Shown: positions 19,177 to 29,868, counted from the first letter of the stretch. The stretch: DNA of 64,000 bases from Candidatus Bathyarchaeota archaeon (GCA_963768425.1 CAVYHV010000014.1:192001-256000), one strand, 5' to 3'. Notes: generated by a model not told the origin, from the letters alone. Program-made: numbers and translations.

Positions 19177-21195
19177 TTAGATTAGTTCTTCAGGTTTTAC
19201 TGGTGTGTGCCTTATGTGTTTCCCAGACATTTTTTCGATGGCTCTTACCAAAGCCACCGGAACACCTATTGTTGGTGCTTCACCTAGCCCTTTTGCGTGA
19301 TGGGGCATCCAAGATGGATTCTCAACTATCTGGATGGTGAATTTAGGCATGTTTTCAGCCGTTGGTAAACCTGCTTCGAAGAGGTTTTTAGTGAGCAAGT
19401 TGCCTTCAGAGTCATATGCAACTTCCTCGTAGAGAACTTGACCTATTCCCTGTATGGTTCCGCCGATGATTTGGCTTTCAACCATCTTCGGGTTAAGTGA
19501 CCTGCCAACATCGTAGCATGCAGCGCATTCTTTCACTTTGACCATGCCGAACTTGTCGATGCTTGCGGTTGCGAGTTCAGCGCCGAAAGAGTTCAATTGA
19601 GGCTTGCTTGGCCGCTCAAAGATTTCGGAGGAATATTGGCCTGAAAGCAAGTTGTCTAATGAGTATTTTCCGTTCTTAGCCTCAACTTGTGCCTTTAGTT
19701 TTCGCGCTGCTGCAACGACTGCGGCTCCGCCTACAATGGCGCTTCGGCTTCCCCACGTCCCAACGCCGCCGTGGAGCTTGTCAGTGTCTCCGCTGTTTAG
19801 TGTCACAAGTTCTTCGGGAATATCGAGCTCCTCTTTAAGCAATTTTTTCACAAAAATGTAATGTTCTTGACCATGCTGGTTACCGCCCAACCAAACGTAC
19901 ACCTTGCCTGCATTGACTATTATACGTGCAGACTCCCCCGCTGAAATGAAGCCTGGAACCAAAACGAAGAAGCCAAGCCCAGCTTTTTCGCTTTTTGATT
20001 TTTCCCGATATTCTAAGTCAGAAACGGCTTTTGTGAAGAAGGGTCGGGAAGCATCGATTTCGATGCCTAACGGCGACTTGAAGTTCTCTGTTGTTGTATT
20101 TAGGAGTCTGACTTCGTCGGCTTCTAGGTGCAATTCGTCTGCGAGCAGGTCCATCATTCGCTCCATAAAGAATGCTGCTTCTGGTCTGCCTGCGCCACGG
20201 TAGGGTCCCTGCGGGGGTTTGTTGGTCATCACTGCCTTCGCTAGGATACGAGCATTTTCGATCCCGTAAGGACCTGTAAGCTGCATTGAAATAAAGTAGG
20301 GTGCTCTTGACCCTGCAGTGCCGCCGTATGCGCCTGCGTCAACAGTTACTTCTCCTCTGAGCGCAGCCACTTTGCCTTTTCTGTCTGCAAACAGCTTTAT
20401 TTTGCCACGGACGCCCCTGCCAGGCTGCATCGCAGCTAGTTCATCGCTTCTAGAGGCGACCCATTTTATCGGTCTTTTGTACTTCATAGCAGCGTAACTC
20501 GCGACGATGTATTCTGGGTAGATGGCGCTTTTTGAACCGAAGGCTCCGCCGGTGTCGGCTTGGATGACATGCACCTGATTTTTGTCGAGACCTAGGGATG
20601 CACTTATTCCTTCTTGCATGCTGTTGACAGATTGCGTTGAAATGTAGATGGTTAATTTTGACCCGTTGAAAGCCGAAATTAAACCGTGGGGTTCAAGTGG
20701 GTTGTTGGCGATTCGCGCGTTATTGAACTCGTCTTCGAGAACGATTGGAGAGTTGGGGTCTTCAAAATCGTTGCCCAGCGATGTTTGGCTGATAACGTTC
20801 GATTGGGTTCCAGGATGCATGGCACTGGCTTTGAGGGCTTCATCAATGTTCAATATTGGCTTAAGTTTTTCGTACTCAACTTCCACTTCAGAGAGTTTAT
20901 CTTCGGCTTCGTAACGGTCTGCTGCAAAAACGGCTGCGACAGGTTGACCCACATAATACACTTTATCCTGAGCAAGGGGTGGATGAAGCAAAACGGGATT
21001 CATGTTTCCTCCGCTTCCTTCCCCAGCGCCGCTTACAGTGGCTTTCAACTCACTACCGTTTAAGCCACCTTTTACGGAGATGATTCGTGCGTGGGCGTGT
21101 GGGCTTCTGGCGACCATCATGTAAAGCATGTTTGGCAGTTTAATGTCGTCAACATACTTTCCCGCTCCTTTAACTAAGAGGCTAGATTCGCTCAT
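19177..21195 (-). CDS. Xanthine dehydrogenase family Mo-binding large subunit (CoxL/CutA-like, not form I CODH)
   Basis: GGAFGSK, PYRGAGRPEA, GTWGSRS, QIIGGTIQGIG, AKGLGE. Confidence 0.92.
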   Translation of the reverse strand: MSESSLLVKGAGKYVDDIKLPNMLYMMVARSPHAHARIISVKGGLNGSELKATVSGAGEGSGGNMNPVLLHPPLAQDKVYYVGQPVAAVFAADRYEAEDKLSEVEVEYEKLKPILNIDEALKASAMHPGTQSNVISQTSLGNDFEDPNSPIVLEDEFNNARIANNPLEPHGLISAFNGSKLTIYISTQSVNSMQEGISASLGLDKNQVHVIQADTGGAFGSKSAIYPEYIVASYAAMKYKRPIKWVASRSDELAAMQPGRGVRGKIKLFADRKGKVAALRGEVTVDAGAYGGTAGSRAPYFISMQLTGPYGIENARILAKAVMTNKPPQGPYRGAGRPEAAFFMERMMDLLADELHLEADEVRLLNTTTENFKSPLGIEIDASRPFFTKAVSDLEYREKSKSEKAGLGFFVLVPGFISAGESARIIVNAGKVYVWLGGNQHGQEHYIFVKKLLKEELDIPEELVTLNSGDTDKLHGGVGTWGSRSAIVGGAAVVAAARKLKAQVEAKNGKYSLDNLLSGQYSSEIFERPSKPQLNSFGAELATASIDKFGMVKVKECAACYDVGRSLNPKMVESQIIGGTIQGIGQVLYEEVAYDSEGNLLTKNLFEAGLPTAENMPKFTIQIVENPSWMPHHAKGLGEAPTIGVPVALVRAIEKMSGKHIRHTPVKPEELI

Positions 21196-21683
21196 AGTTT
21201 GTTAGCCTCCTGCTTCTTCATTATTTTTTGGGCATACTTTACTGATTCAACAATTCCGTGGTAACCCGTGCACCTGCAAATGTTGCCGTGAAGCATGCGC
21301 TTTATTTCTTCGTCGCCCAGCTCTTTGTTTTGGCTCAGCATCCAACAGCTGGTCATAATCATGCCAGGTGTCGAGAAGCCGCATTGAAGCCCCTGTTTTT
21401 CGATAAAAGCTTGCTGTATCGGATGCAGTTGATCTTTGCCGGCTAAACCTTCGATGGTTAATATTTCTTTACCGTCCGCTTGAACGCCTAGAACGGTGCA
21501 AGATTTGACTGCTTTTCCGTCCATCAGGACGGTGCATGCACCGCAGTTCGTTGTGTCGCAGCCGTGATGCGTCCCAGTGAGTCCAAGGTCATCTCTAAGC
21601 ACGCTTACTAGGAGTCGCCTGGGTTCAAGTTCAAGCTCAACAGTTTTTCCATTTACCTTAAAACGCGTCTTAACTCTTTTCAT
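21192..21683 (-). CDS. [2Fe-2S] small subunit (CoxS-like)
   Basis: GCDTTNCGACTV, KSC, QCGFSTPG, GNICRCTGY. Confidence 0.92.
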   Translation of the reverse strand: MKRVKTRFKVNGKTVELELEPRRLLVSVLRDDLGLTGTHHGCDTTNCGACTVLMDGKAVKSCTVLGVQADGKEILTIEGLAGKDQLHPIQQAFIEKQGLQCGFSTPGMIMTSCWMLSQNKELGDEEIKRMLHGNICRCTGYHGIVESVKYAQKIMKKQEANKL

Positions 21684-22569
21684 AATTACCCATCGCCGCT
21701 CTTTTATATGCACATTCCAAAGTGTCTTTCACAAGTATTCCCAAAATTTTCCTTCGATACTCTGCCGAAGCATAAAGGTCGCTTGGAGGCTCGGAAACCT
21801 CAATAGCCAGTTTTGAAACGCCAGCTAAAGCGTCTTTTTTAAGCCTTTTCCCAATAAGCGCTTCCTCGGCTTTTAGGGGTCTAAGCGGCCTTGGACCCAC
21901 CCCAGTGAGCGCCAGCCTACACACAGAAACCGTGTTGTCGTCCTCAAGTGAAAGATTGGCGGCCACCCCAGCTATCGTAAAGCCTCCTGAACCTTTCTTG
22001 ACCTTGCAATAAGCGTTTCCGCATCGGCTCTCTTGAAAAGGAATTTGGGTTTCCGTGAGAATCTCGTTGGGTCTAACTGTGGTCTTGAAGGGGCCAACGT
22101 AGAGGTCTTCAACGTTAATTTTTCTTTCGCCTGCCAGTGAGCACAGAACGACGGAAGCATTTAATGCAATCATCGGTGCAGGCAAATCGTTCACTGGATC
22201 GCCGTGGCAAAGGTTGCCGCCAACCGTTCCAAGATTTCTCACCAGCGGATCAGCAATTTCCGACGACGCATCATGCAGTATGGGCAGTGAAGTAGAAATC
22301 TCCAAATCATTTTCCAAACTACCGACGGTTGTCAACGCGCCGATTTTGTACATTTGGTTTTCTTTTCGAATGTAATCGAGGTCTTTGATTCTGGTTATGT
22401 CTACGACGCTGCTGAGCGAAGAGATCAAAGGAGAGATGCGTGTTTTCAGGGCTGGTATGAGGCTTTGCCCTCCAGCAAGCACTTTCACGTTTGAATTGGC
22501 GTCTTGAAGGAACACTAAAGCTCCGCTGAGGTTTTTGGGGACAAAATAGTCAAAAGATCGAGGAAACAT
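21670..22569 (-). CDS. FAD-binding medium subunit (CoxM-like)
   Basis: LAGGQSL, IADPLVRNLGTVGGN, ASAEYR; probable start MFPRSF. Confidence 0.92.
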   Translation of the reverse strand: MFPRSFDYFVPKNLSGALVFLQDANSNVKVLAGGQSLIPALKTRISPLISSLSSVVDITRIKDLDYIRKENQMYKIGALTTVGSLENDLEISTSLPILHDASSEIADPLVRNLGTVGGNLCHGDPVNDLPAPMIALNASVVLCSLAGERKINVEDLYVGPFKTTVRPNEILTETQIPFQESRCGNAYCKVKKGSGGFTIAGVAANLSLEDDNTVSVCRLALTGVGPRPLRPLKAEEALIGKRLKKDALAGVSKLAIEVSEPPSDLYASAEYRRKILGILVKDTLECAYKRAAMGNYEKS

Positions 22570-22780
22570 AATAATAGCATCCACTCGCAAAAGAAGGTTC
22601 AACGGTTTGCAGGATATAAACAATTGTTGGCACACAATTGATTCAATCTGAACCTAAAGAACGTCTAAAGAACCACAAATTTCGATGGCTTCGCAAGTCC
22701 AGGAAGAAAATGAAAAGAAAAACTTGATTTTTGCGACGAAACTTTTGAGCAGCACAACCCTTTGATGGGCAGCCACTGAG

Positions 22781-25700
22781 TTATCGTTGTTTCGGCGTAA
22801 AGATGTATTGAAAGTCAGGGTTAGCTTGACCGTACTTTTGTTGAATCGCCCTGTTTATTCTTAGCCAATCATCATATATCAAAGGCCAAATGTCGCTTGC
22901 TGCAACTCTCTTAGACGCATACTCTGTGATTGGTCCAGTCCTCTTGATCAGACGCTTATGCCAATCTACCTCGATCAGTCCAGCCCGACGCAGATACTGA
23001 AGATTCTGATAAACGCGATCTGGGTCTGCTGGAATAGTTTAAGCCTCTTAAGTCTTCAACAATAGAATCCAACGAAATCTCATTTTCTGGCCGCAGACAA
23101 ACCACTGCAGCTATATCCATAGTCAGCCGAGTGTTAGCGCTTAAGTAGAGAGTTTTCCGTTTCGGAACCAAAACCTGCTCAATCCTGTATGCGTGCCTCT
23201 TGTAAAACATGCGTTTTCGCGAACTCGGCTAAGAAAAGATAGGCAACTACCATTAGAAGCAAGCGACGTAGAAGAGGAGTGGCGGAGGCATGAAAATGGA
23301 AAACCTGTCCTAAGCGAGTGTATAGGGTATGATAAAGGCTGCGGCAACTACTGAAAGGCTGCTAAGCGTCAAGATATTTACCAGGTTTGCTTTTCCAAAA
23401 TGGCGACTGACGGGTTCTAATTACAAACACAACTAAGGTTTGAGTGCAAAGCGATTCAATAAACCAAGCAGTTTGAAATTGCGATTGTGAGAAGACGTTG
23501 CTAACGACACAGGCTAAGCATAGCGATGGAAAATCAAGATCATGGTGAAGAATGTGGTGTAATCGAAAATTGAGCTAATCGGACCTTCGACAGCCATGAA
23601 GTTTCGTGATGAAAGAAATGTCCCATCTTTTTGGCCGCTCAATGTATTCTTCGTCTACGTTGTCGGTGGCTATTGTGGTTTGGGACAGTGTGTACAGAAG
23701 ATTGTTTAGCAGTATCTGGATGGATAGCATAGGCAAAGAGTTGGCGCAGTAAAAATAAGGCACGCTCCCGCCACACTGAACATGTTGCCGAAGTTTGAGC
23801 TGATGCCCATCATCACGTACTTCATGGTGTTGCCGAAGGTTTTTCTTCCCTCAATTACACCTTGAGCCAGCACTGTCAAGTCATTTTCAAGAAGAATAAT
23901 ATCAGCTGCCTCTTTTGCAACGTCCACGGCATTGTTAACTGAAACGCCAACATCAGAAGTTTTAAGGGAAGGAGCATCGTTAATGCCGTCGCCCATGAAG
24001 CCAACAACATGCCCGTTGCTTTTTAGCAAATTGATTATTCGGTCTTTCTGCACGGGAGTAACTCGGGCAAACACGTTAGCTTCTTCCACAACCCGAGCCA
24101 ACGCGTCATCATGCATCTGGACGATTTCGCTGCCAAGAACAACCCCTTTAATTTCAAAGCCAAGTTGCTCGCAAACTTTTCTGGTAACCAGCTCGTTGTC
24201 GCCTGTCAACGATTTTTAGTTCTATTCCTTCTTTTGCCAAGAAGCTGAGATTGATTCTTTAGCCGTTTGCTTTGGGCGGATCCAAGAAAGCGACGAAGCC
24301 AAGAAAAACCATGTCAGCTTTCGTCATTAACTGAATAGGTGGTTTTTTCTTCTTTGAGTTTTTTATAGGCGACGCCCAAGACCCTTAAGCCCTCAGAGCT
24401 TAAGTCAAAGTATTTTTGCTCAATTTTCTTCCGTAAGTTCTTCGCCAATGTCCTGGATGACTCCGTCTATTTCGCAGTAAGCTGAAACCTTCAAAACCTC
24501 TTCAGGAGCGCCCTTTAGCAATCAAAACCCTTTCCCGTTGCTGCTCAACAACAACCGAGACTCGTCTTCTAACAAAATCAAATGGAACTTCATCGATTTT
24601 TTGGAAACCCGCAATGTCTGATTTCTTTATGTACAAGTATGGCATCGTCAAGTGGGCTTTTGAGTCCAGTTTGGTAGTAGCTGTTCAGATACGAATACAG
24701 GAGAACTTTGTCGTCATCTTTGCCTTCAGAATCAACATGCATCACTAAGCGATATGCTGTTTTCCGTCAAGGTTCCAGTCTTGTCCGTGCATAAAACGTT
24801 CATGCTGCCGAAGTTCTCGATGGAAGGCAGATGTTTGACGACGACGCCTTTCTTGGACATGTTAACGGCGCCCTTCGAAAGGTTCATCGTGATAATCATG
24901 GGCAAAAGCTCAGGCGTCAACCCCACAGCCAAAGCAGCCGCAAAAAGCAGGGAATCAATCAAGCTGCGATGAAAAAGGCAAGCACAATGAAAACGAAAAT
25001 AATCAAGCACAAACGTGACTTGCATGATAAGGTAACTGAATCCTTTGACGCCTCTTTCAAATTCGGTTTCAGGCGGCTTGGCAACAAGCCTCTTGGCGAT
25101 TTTTCCGTATTCCGTGGAGCCGCCTGTTTTCGCAACAACAGCCGTCGAACTGCCGCTTACAACGGAAGTGCCCATGAACAGGTAATTGTCCCATTCTGTA
25201 ATGGAACCAGACGATAAGATTGACGGACTGCAAGTTGTTAGCGGTTTTTTCAACGGGAAACGATTCGCCAGTCAAAGCGCTTTGGTTGATGAAGAGATCT
25301 TTGGCGGTGATTATTCTTGCGTCGGCAGGAGCGATGTCGCCAGCTGAAAGGTAAATTATGTCGCCGGGAACAATTTGGGAAAGCTTAATCTCTTTCTTGA
25401 CGTTATCACGCACAACAGTGGCGGTTGTGCTGACTTTTTCTTTGAGAAGTTCAGCGGCGTTTTCAGCTTTGGATTCCTGATAATGGTCAATGCTGACGCT
25501 GATCATTACAATGACAAATATTATGGTGAAGTCAGGAATGTCGCCAGTGGCGCCGGCGAAGGCGGCAGCAGCCAAAAGTATCAGAATCAAGAGGGCTTTT
25601 AAAATGCAGAAGAAAACTGACTATGCCTGAACGCTTCATTTTTCGCGCTAATTCGTTAGTGCCGTAAATTGTTGATTCTTCGTTCTGCTTCTTCAGAGCT

Positions 25701-25842
25701 AAGACCCTGCGGCGAAGTCCCAAGCCTGCGACAACAATTCGTTCGCGGGCAGAGTCAAAACTTCTTCTGTGGTGACGGGAGGCTGCGCTAACGGAACATT
25801 CTCTTTAATCGTGAATATTTCTGGGTTGCTTTGCGCAGCCAT
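22781..25842 (-). CDS. mgtA: Mg2+-translocating P-type ATPase (MgtA-like) with C-terminal extension; many indels
   Basis: TGES, PELLP, DKTGTLT, KGAPEE, TGD, GDGINDAP, FQTAWFIES and VIRT motifs recovered across shifting frames from ATG 25842 to TAA 22781. Confidence 0.85.
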
Positions 25843-26160
25843 CTGCCAAGTTCTCCCCGCCAAAGTTCACTCCAACCAAGAGTGAAAAGATTCTAGCATA
25901 CAACCAGACACATCATTTATAAAAACCCTCTCAAAAACAAACGAGAAACAAGCATGAAGAAAGAAAGTTGCCTGACTTCTCTTAAAGAAGCGATCACGCC
26001 AGTGTTTTAAAAAAACAGCTGAAAAACAACCAGAAAACGGCGCTAAAGCAAGGTTTCTTCCAAACAAAAAAGGTAGGTTCAGAAATTGGACAGTTGATAA
26101 TTGTTTTTATACCCTAATTTTATTACACTAAACAACCAATTTGCAGCCAGTGATAAAAGT

Positions 26161-27204
26161 TTGACCCCAGACCTCAAAAAAGCAGCGTCAGTTGCAACGC
26201 GATCCCTTGCCCCAGGAAAACCCCACCATGCCCAGTGGCTTGTGACAAGAAAATGCAACTACCGCTGTGCAGGTTGCAACGTCTGGAAAGAACAGGACGA
26301 AAGAGAGCTGCCAGCTAAAGACATAATAAAAGGGTTAGGCATCCTGAAAAAACTTGGAATCGCCGAGCTCGTTATTTCTGGCGGGGACCCGCTTCTGAGG
26401 GATGACATTGGCGAAATAATTGATTACGCCACAAATTGCTTCATAACAACTGTTTACGATAATGGAAGCATGGCTGCAAAAAAAATCGATCTGCTCAATA
26501 AAGTGGATTTCGTCGCTATTTCAATCGACAGCTTAGACGAAGCAAAAAACGACTCCATCAAAACGGTTCCAGGAGCGTGGAAAACTGCGATGGAAACGGT
26601 CGAAAAACTTCACAGCGAAGGAGTCAACGTGAGCGTGACGCCTACTATCTCGCAGAAAAACCTCGATGAAATAATCGACCTGACTGAATATTTCACGAAG
26701 AAAAAAATCCCCGTATGGTACTCACTCTACTCATTTGACTGCTCCGCCGCCGAAAACCAGCTGTTCAAAATAGGTAAAGAAAACGACGAATTCATAATCA
26801 CTGACAAACAGGCCATGGTTAACCTCTGGAATTCTTTACTTGCAATGAAAAAGAAAAACAGCAAAATTCTGATGACGAAGAAACTGCTGAAAACGTTAAT
26901 AGAATTTTATGCGACAGATGAAAGACCATGGAAATGTGAAGCGCTTAAGAACTTCTTTGTTATTGACCCGGTGGGTAGAGTCGCTGGATGCCACAGCCAT
27001 GATTTCGCAGGTTCAGTGTTTGATTTGCCTAAGCTGTGGAAAAGCCAAGAATTCAAAAACCTACGCCGAAACTATCATGATTGTTCACAATGCAATTACT
27101 TATGTTATATTTTTTATTCGATGCAGGGGGGCCCATGGGGGAGTGTTTCGGTTGCTTTTGATCAGTGGAGAAACGCCGGGTTAGTTTTCAAGAAAACAAA
27201 CTAA
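26161..27204 (+). CDS. Radical SAM protein with C-terminal SPASM/twitch-like Cys cluster
   Basis: CNYRCAGC (CxxxCxxC), SGGDP, ISIDS; C-terminal C..GC..CSQCNYLC. Confidence 0.88.
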   Translation: MTPDLKKAASVATRSLAPGKPHHAQWLVTRKCNYRCAGCNVWKEQDERELPAKDIIKGLGILKKLGIAELVISGGDPLLRDDIGEIIDYATNCFITTVYDNGSMAAKKIDLLNKVDFVAISIDSLDEAKNDSIKTVPGAWKTAMETVEKLHSEGVNVSVTPTISQKNLDEIIDLTEYFTKKKIPVWYSLYSFDCSAAENQLFKIGKENDEFIITDKQAMVNLWNSLLAMKKKNSKILMTKKLLKTLIEFYATDERPWKCEALKNFFVIDPVGRVAGCHSHDFAGSVFDLPKLWKSQEFKNLRRNYHDCSQCNYLCYIFYSMQGGPWGSVSVAFDQWRNAGLVFKKTN

Positions 27205-27297
27205 GAACTCCATGTTTGGAACATATCATAAACTAGCCGAATTACATCATTGCAGAAGGTTGATTCGTTTTAAATGTGTAAGAGAAGCCAGTTTCGT

Positions 27298-27924
27298 TTA
27301 ATTAGAACCCAAATTGGGGATAACAACGTTGCCGATTACTCTGCACAGAACCTCAAAAACTTCGTCAGCATTCAATTTGTCAGTGTCCAAAATCAGATCG
27401 AAAGGCGCAAAGTCTTCGCCTAAAACAAAACCGTAAAGCTCTTTGTAAATCGCTTTCGTTCTAGCTTCCTTTTCTTCCAAAATCTTGATTGCTTGTTCAG
27501 GGGTCATTCCGTCGCGTTCAGCAACTCTGGCGGCTCTCTTCTCGAGTGAAGCCATCAACCAAATCTTAAAACCACCTTTCAGCAGCCAAGGCATAGTCCA
27601 ACTGTCCAATAGAACGTTTCCTTTTGCAGCGTACTCTAGCAGTTTTCCATCTACCGCCTTATCGAATTTAGGGTCACTTGCCCGCGTCTTAAGAAAATTT
27701 AAGCCATCAGGGGTTTCCCACCAACCCTCACGAGACGCATCATAGCCTTCAGCTTTCGCGAGCTCCTTTAGCGCATCGCCACCTGAATAACATTTAAGAT
27801 TATATTTTTTCGCAAGTTTCTTTGACAGCGTGCTTTTTCCGGTTCCAGCCATTCCAGAAATGCAGATTACCATCTTTTTGTCAGGAAAACAGGGGTTGGA
27901 TGTTTTGGACATCGTCGTCACCAT
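27298..27924 (-). CDS. cmk: Cytidylate kinase (archaeal type)
   Basis: ISGMAGTGKST P-loop, RAARVAERD, Y.ELYG, DLILDT. Confidence 0.9.
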   Translation of the reverse strand: MVTTMSKTSNPCFPDKKMVICISGMAGTGKSTLSKKLAKKYNLKCYSGGDALKELAKAEGYDASREGWWETPDGLNFLKTRASDPKFDKAVDGKLLEYAAKGNVLLDSWTMPWLLKGGFKIWLMASLEKRAARVAERDGMTPEQAIKILEEKEARTKAIYKELYGFVLGEDFAPFDLILDTDKLNADEVFEVLCRVIGNVVIPNLGSN

Positions 27925-27935
27925 TTTTTGCTGGA

Positions 27936-28883
27936 TTAGGGTTCAATAGGCATTATTCCGAGTATGCGTGATCCCAACAGGCCGAGGAAGAATGAGCAGA
28001 TTGGATACCAATAGACTACTGAGAGGCTTCCGAGGCCAGGAAGGTAAACCATGGAAGTTACGCCGTAGGTGGGTGTTAAGACGAAAATCCATATGAATAT
28101 GTAGAGGAATGATATTCCAAGCTGAACCATCTGGGGCTTTAGCATTTTTGCCTGCATGCTGTTGATTTGGGATTGTCTTTTCTTGAGCTTTTCCACCTGT
28201 TTCTTGTCGTTGGCTCTTGCGGCCGCCATGGTTTCTTTTCTATACTCGTTCATCTCCTTCTGCATTACCCGGTACTGTTCCCAACCGACAAAGTAATTGA
28301 TTAAAACTCTGTTTAACGCGGTGTTTAAGAAAGCGATTCCTAAAGCGATTATGAGAATCAAGATTGCAGACGTTATGGAGCTTATCACAATTGGAGAATT
28401 TTCGGTCACCTTAACTGATTGCGGCACGTTGACTGTTGTTGTGGTCGTGTTTTCGCTGACGCCGACAGTCCACTTGTATGTCCCAGATGGCAAGGGATTT
28501 CTTGCATCAAACGTGAAAGTGAGACTTTGAGTCGGGGTTAATCCTTGCGTGGACCCGAAGATAATAATGAAGTAATTACTTTTCCCAGTTTGTAAATATG
28601 CAGTCCAATTCTGCGAAGACGCCTGTTGTGTAATGGTAAAATGGCCTAGTTCACTGTAGCCTGTTGGAACCGTTATGTTTGCGCTTCCAATGGTTTCAGT
28701 GCCCGAGTTTGTTATTGTGATTGTGTATAAGGTATTTTGCCTTACGGTGGAAGATTGAGCGGAAATAGAAGCTTGAACACTAAGGCCGCCTGTAGCGGAT
28801 ACTGAACCGGTTATCAGACTGACTGCTGACAATGCAACCATTGCAAGTATCAGGGCAATAACCAATTTCTTCAATACTTTCAT
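27936..28883 (-). CDS. DUF106/EMC3/TMCO1 (Oxa1 superfamily) membrane insertase with extra N-terminal secreted domain
   Basis: C-terminal TM + coiled coil (MQKEMNEYRKE..LKKRQ) + KP..TM + YWY.ICSF; N-terminal signal peptide and ~135-aa S/T-rich beta domain; usual position upstream of cmk. Confidence 0.8.
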   Translation of the reverse strand: MKVLKKLVIALILAMVALSAVSLITGSVSATGGLSVQASISAQSSTVRQNTLYTITITNSGTETIGSANITVPTGYSELGHFTITQQASSQNWTAYLQTGKSNYFIIIFGSTQGLTPTQSLTFTFDARNPLPSGTYKWTVGVSENTTTTTVNVPQSVKVTENSPIVISSITSAILILIIALGIAFLNTALNRVLINYFVGWEQYRVMQKEMNEYRKETMAAARANDKKQVEKLKKRQSQINSMQAKMLKPQMVQLGISFLYIFIWIFVLTPTYGVTSMVYLPGLGSLSVVYWYPICSFFLGLLGSRILGIMPIEP

Positions 28884-29052
28884 GCATCAATCATCCTATT
28901 TTACGGGCATCCGCGGTTACGTGTCTGCGTAATGCGTAACTTGTTTCCTTGTTAATAACCGTTTTTGCTTCTGAACACTGCAAGTTCCCAATCAAACCGC
29001 TTTGCCAACAAAACAGTCTTGTTGCTAACCTGATCAAATTGTAATTTGGCGT

Positions 29053-29868
29053 CTAATGATTGAAAGGGTAAACTTCGTTCCTTTCCAAATATGTCAATGA
29101 GTTTGCGGTTTTCTTTATTGTTTCGGTTTCGAGGGCAACCTCTGGGGCAATTTTGTTTTTCTCAAGGGCAACGGTTAGAGCGTGCCAGTTGATGTTTCCG
29201 CAGCCTATCTCAAGGTGCTGGTCTGATTTGCCCATGTTATCGCTGAAATGCATGTAAGGAACATGGCTGCGCAGTTGTGCAACCCAATCTTCAACTGTGA
29301 CATTAGAGAAAGCATTTACGTGCCCAGTATCAAGGCAGACTTTGAGTCGCGACATGTTCACTTCTTTGAGCAACGCATTCAAAATTTCAGGTGAAGGCTC
29401 CCAAAAATTCTCCAAAAGCACAGTGGCTTCATATTTGTCGAGAATTTCTTTCCAAAAACTTGCGTTTCTCGCGATCCAGTTGCTCCTGTAAAGGTCCCCG
29501 TAAACGAAGGGGTTGAAGTTGGCGTGGAAAACTACATATTTTGCGTTAAGTGATTGTGCGATATCCATGTTTCGGAGGATTCGCTGTTTTGAGACTTTTG
29601 CTATTTTAGGGTCGCTGCTGTGTATGCAAATATCCTGAAAGACGCCGTGAACAGCCACTTTGCCTTCGAATGTTGATAGCGCACGTTGATGCCCCCTTAC
29701 AAGGCTGCGCCAGTTACTGTCAAGAGCGTCCGCGTACGCGAAAGTTCCAAGCTCAATGTTGCAGCCGTGCGTTTCCGCGAATTTCAGAAAGTCGCAAAAA
29801 CAGTATTCCTCGTGCTCCGGTATTCCGTGGCTCTTCCAAATTCTAGGTTGCACATATATCATTGACAT
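29053..29868 (-). CDS. Sugar phosphate isomerase/epimerase (AP endonuclease 2 TIM barrel)
   Basis: VHG, VVFH, LLEN, CLDTGH, HFSDN.G..DQH..G.G.I, LE. Confidence 0.88.
   Translation of the reverse strand: MSMIYVQPRIWKSHGIPEHEEYCFCDFLKFAETHGCNIELGTFAYADALDSNWRSLVRGHQRALSTFEGKVAVHGVFQDICIHSSDPKIAKVSKQRILRNMDIAQSLNAKYVVFHANFNPFVYGDLYRSNWIARNASFWKEILDKYEATVLLENFWEPSPEILNALLKEVNMSRLKVCLDTGHVNAFSNVTVEDWVAQLRSHVPYMHFSDNMGKSDQHLEIGCGNINWHALTVALEKNKIAPEVALETETIKKTANSLTYLERNEVYPFNH

Noticed and set aside
19177-21195. Aerobic CO dehydrogenase (form I CoxL)
   Set aside because: Lacks AYxCSFR; has PYRGAGR
25864-25890. Mg-sensing riboswitch in the mgtA leader
   Set aside because: Only one 8-bp hairpin (TTCACTCT/GGAGTGAA) in a short leader; too small for an M-box
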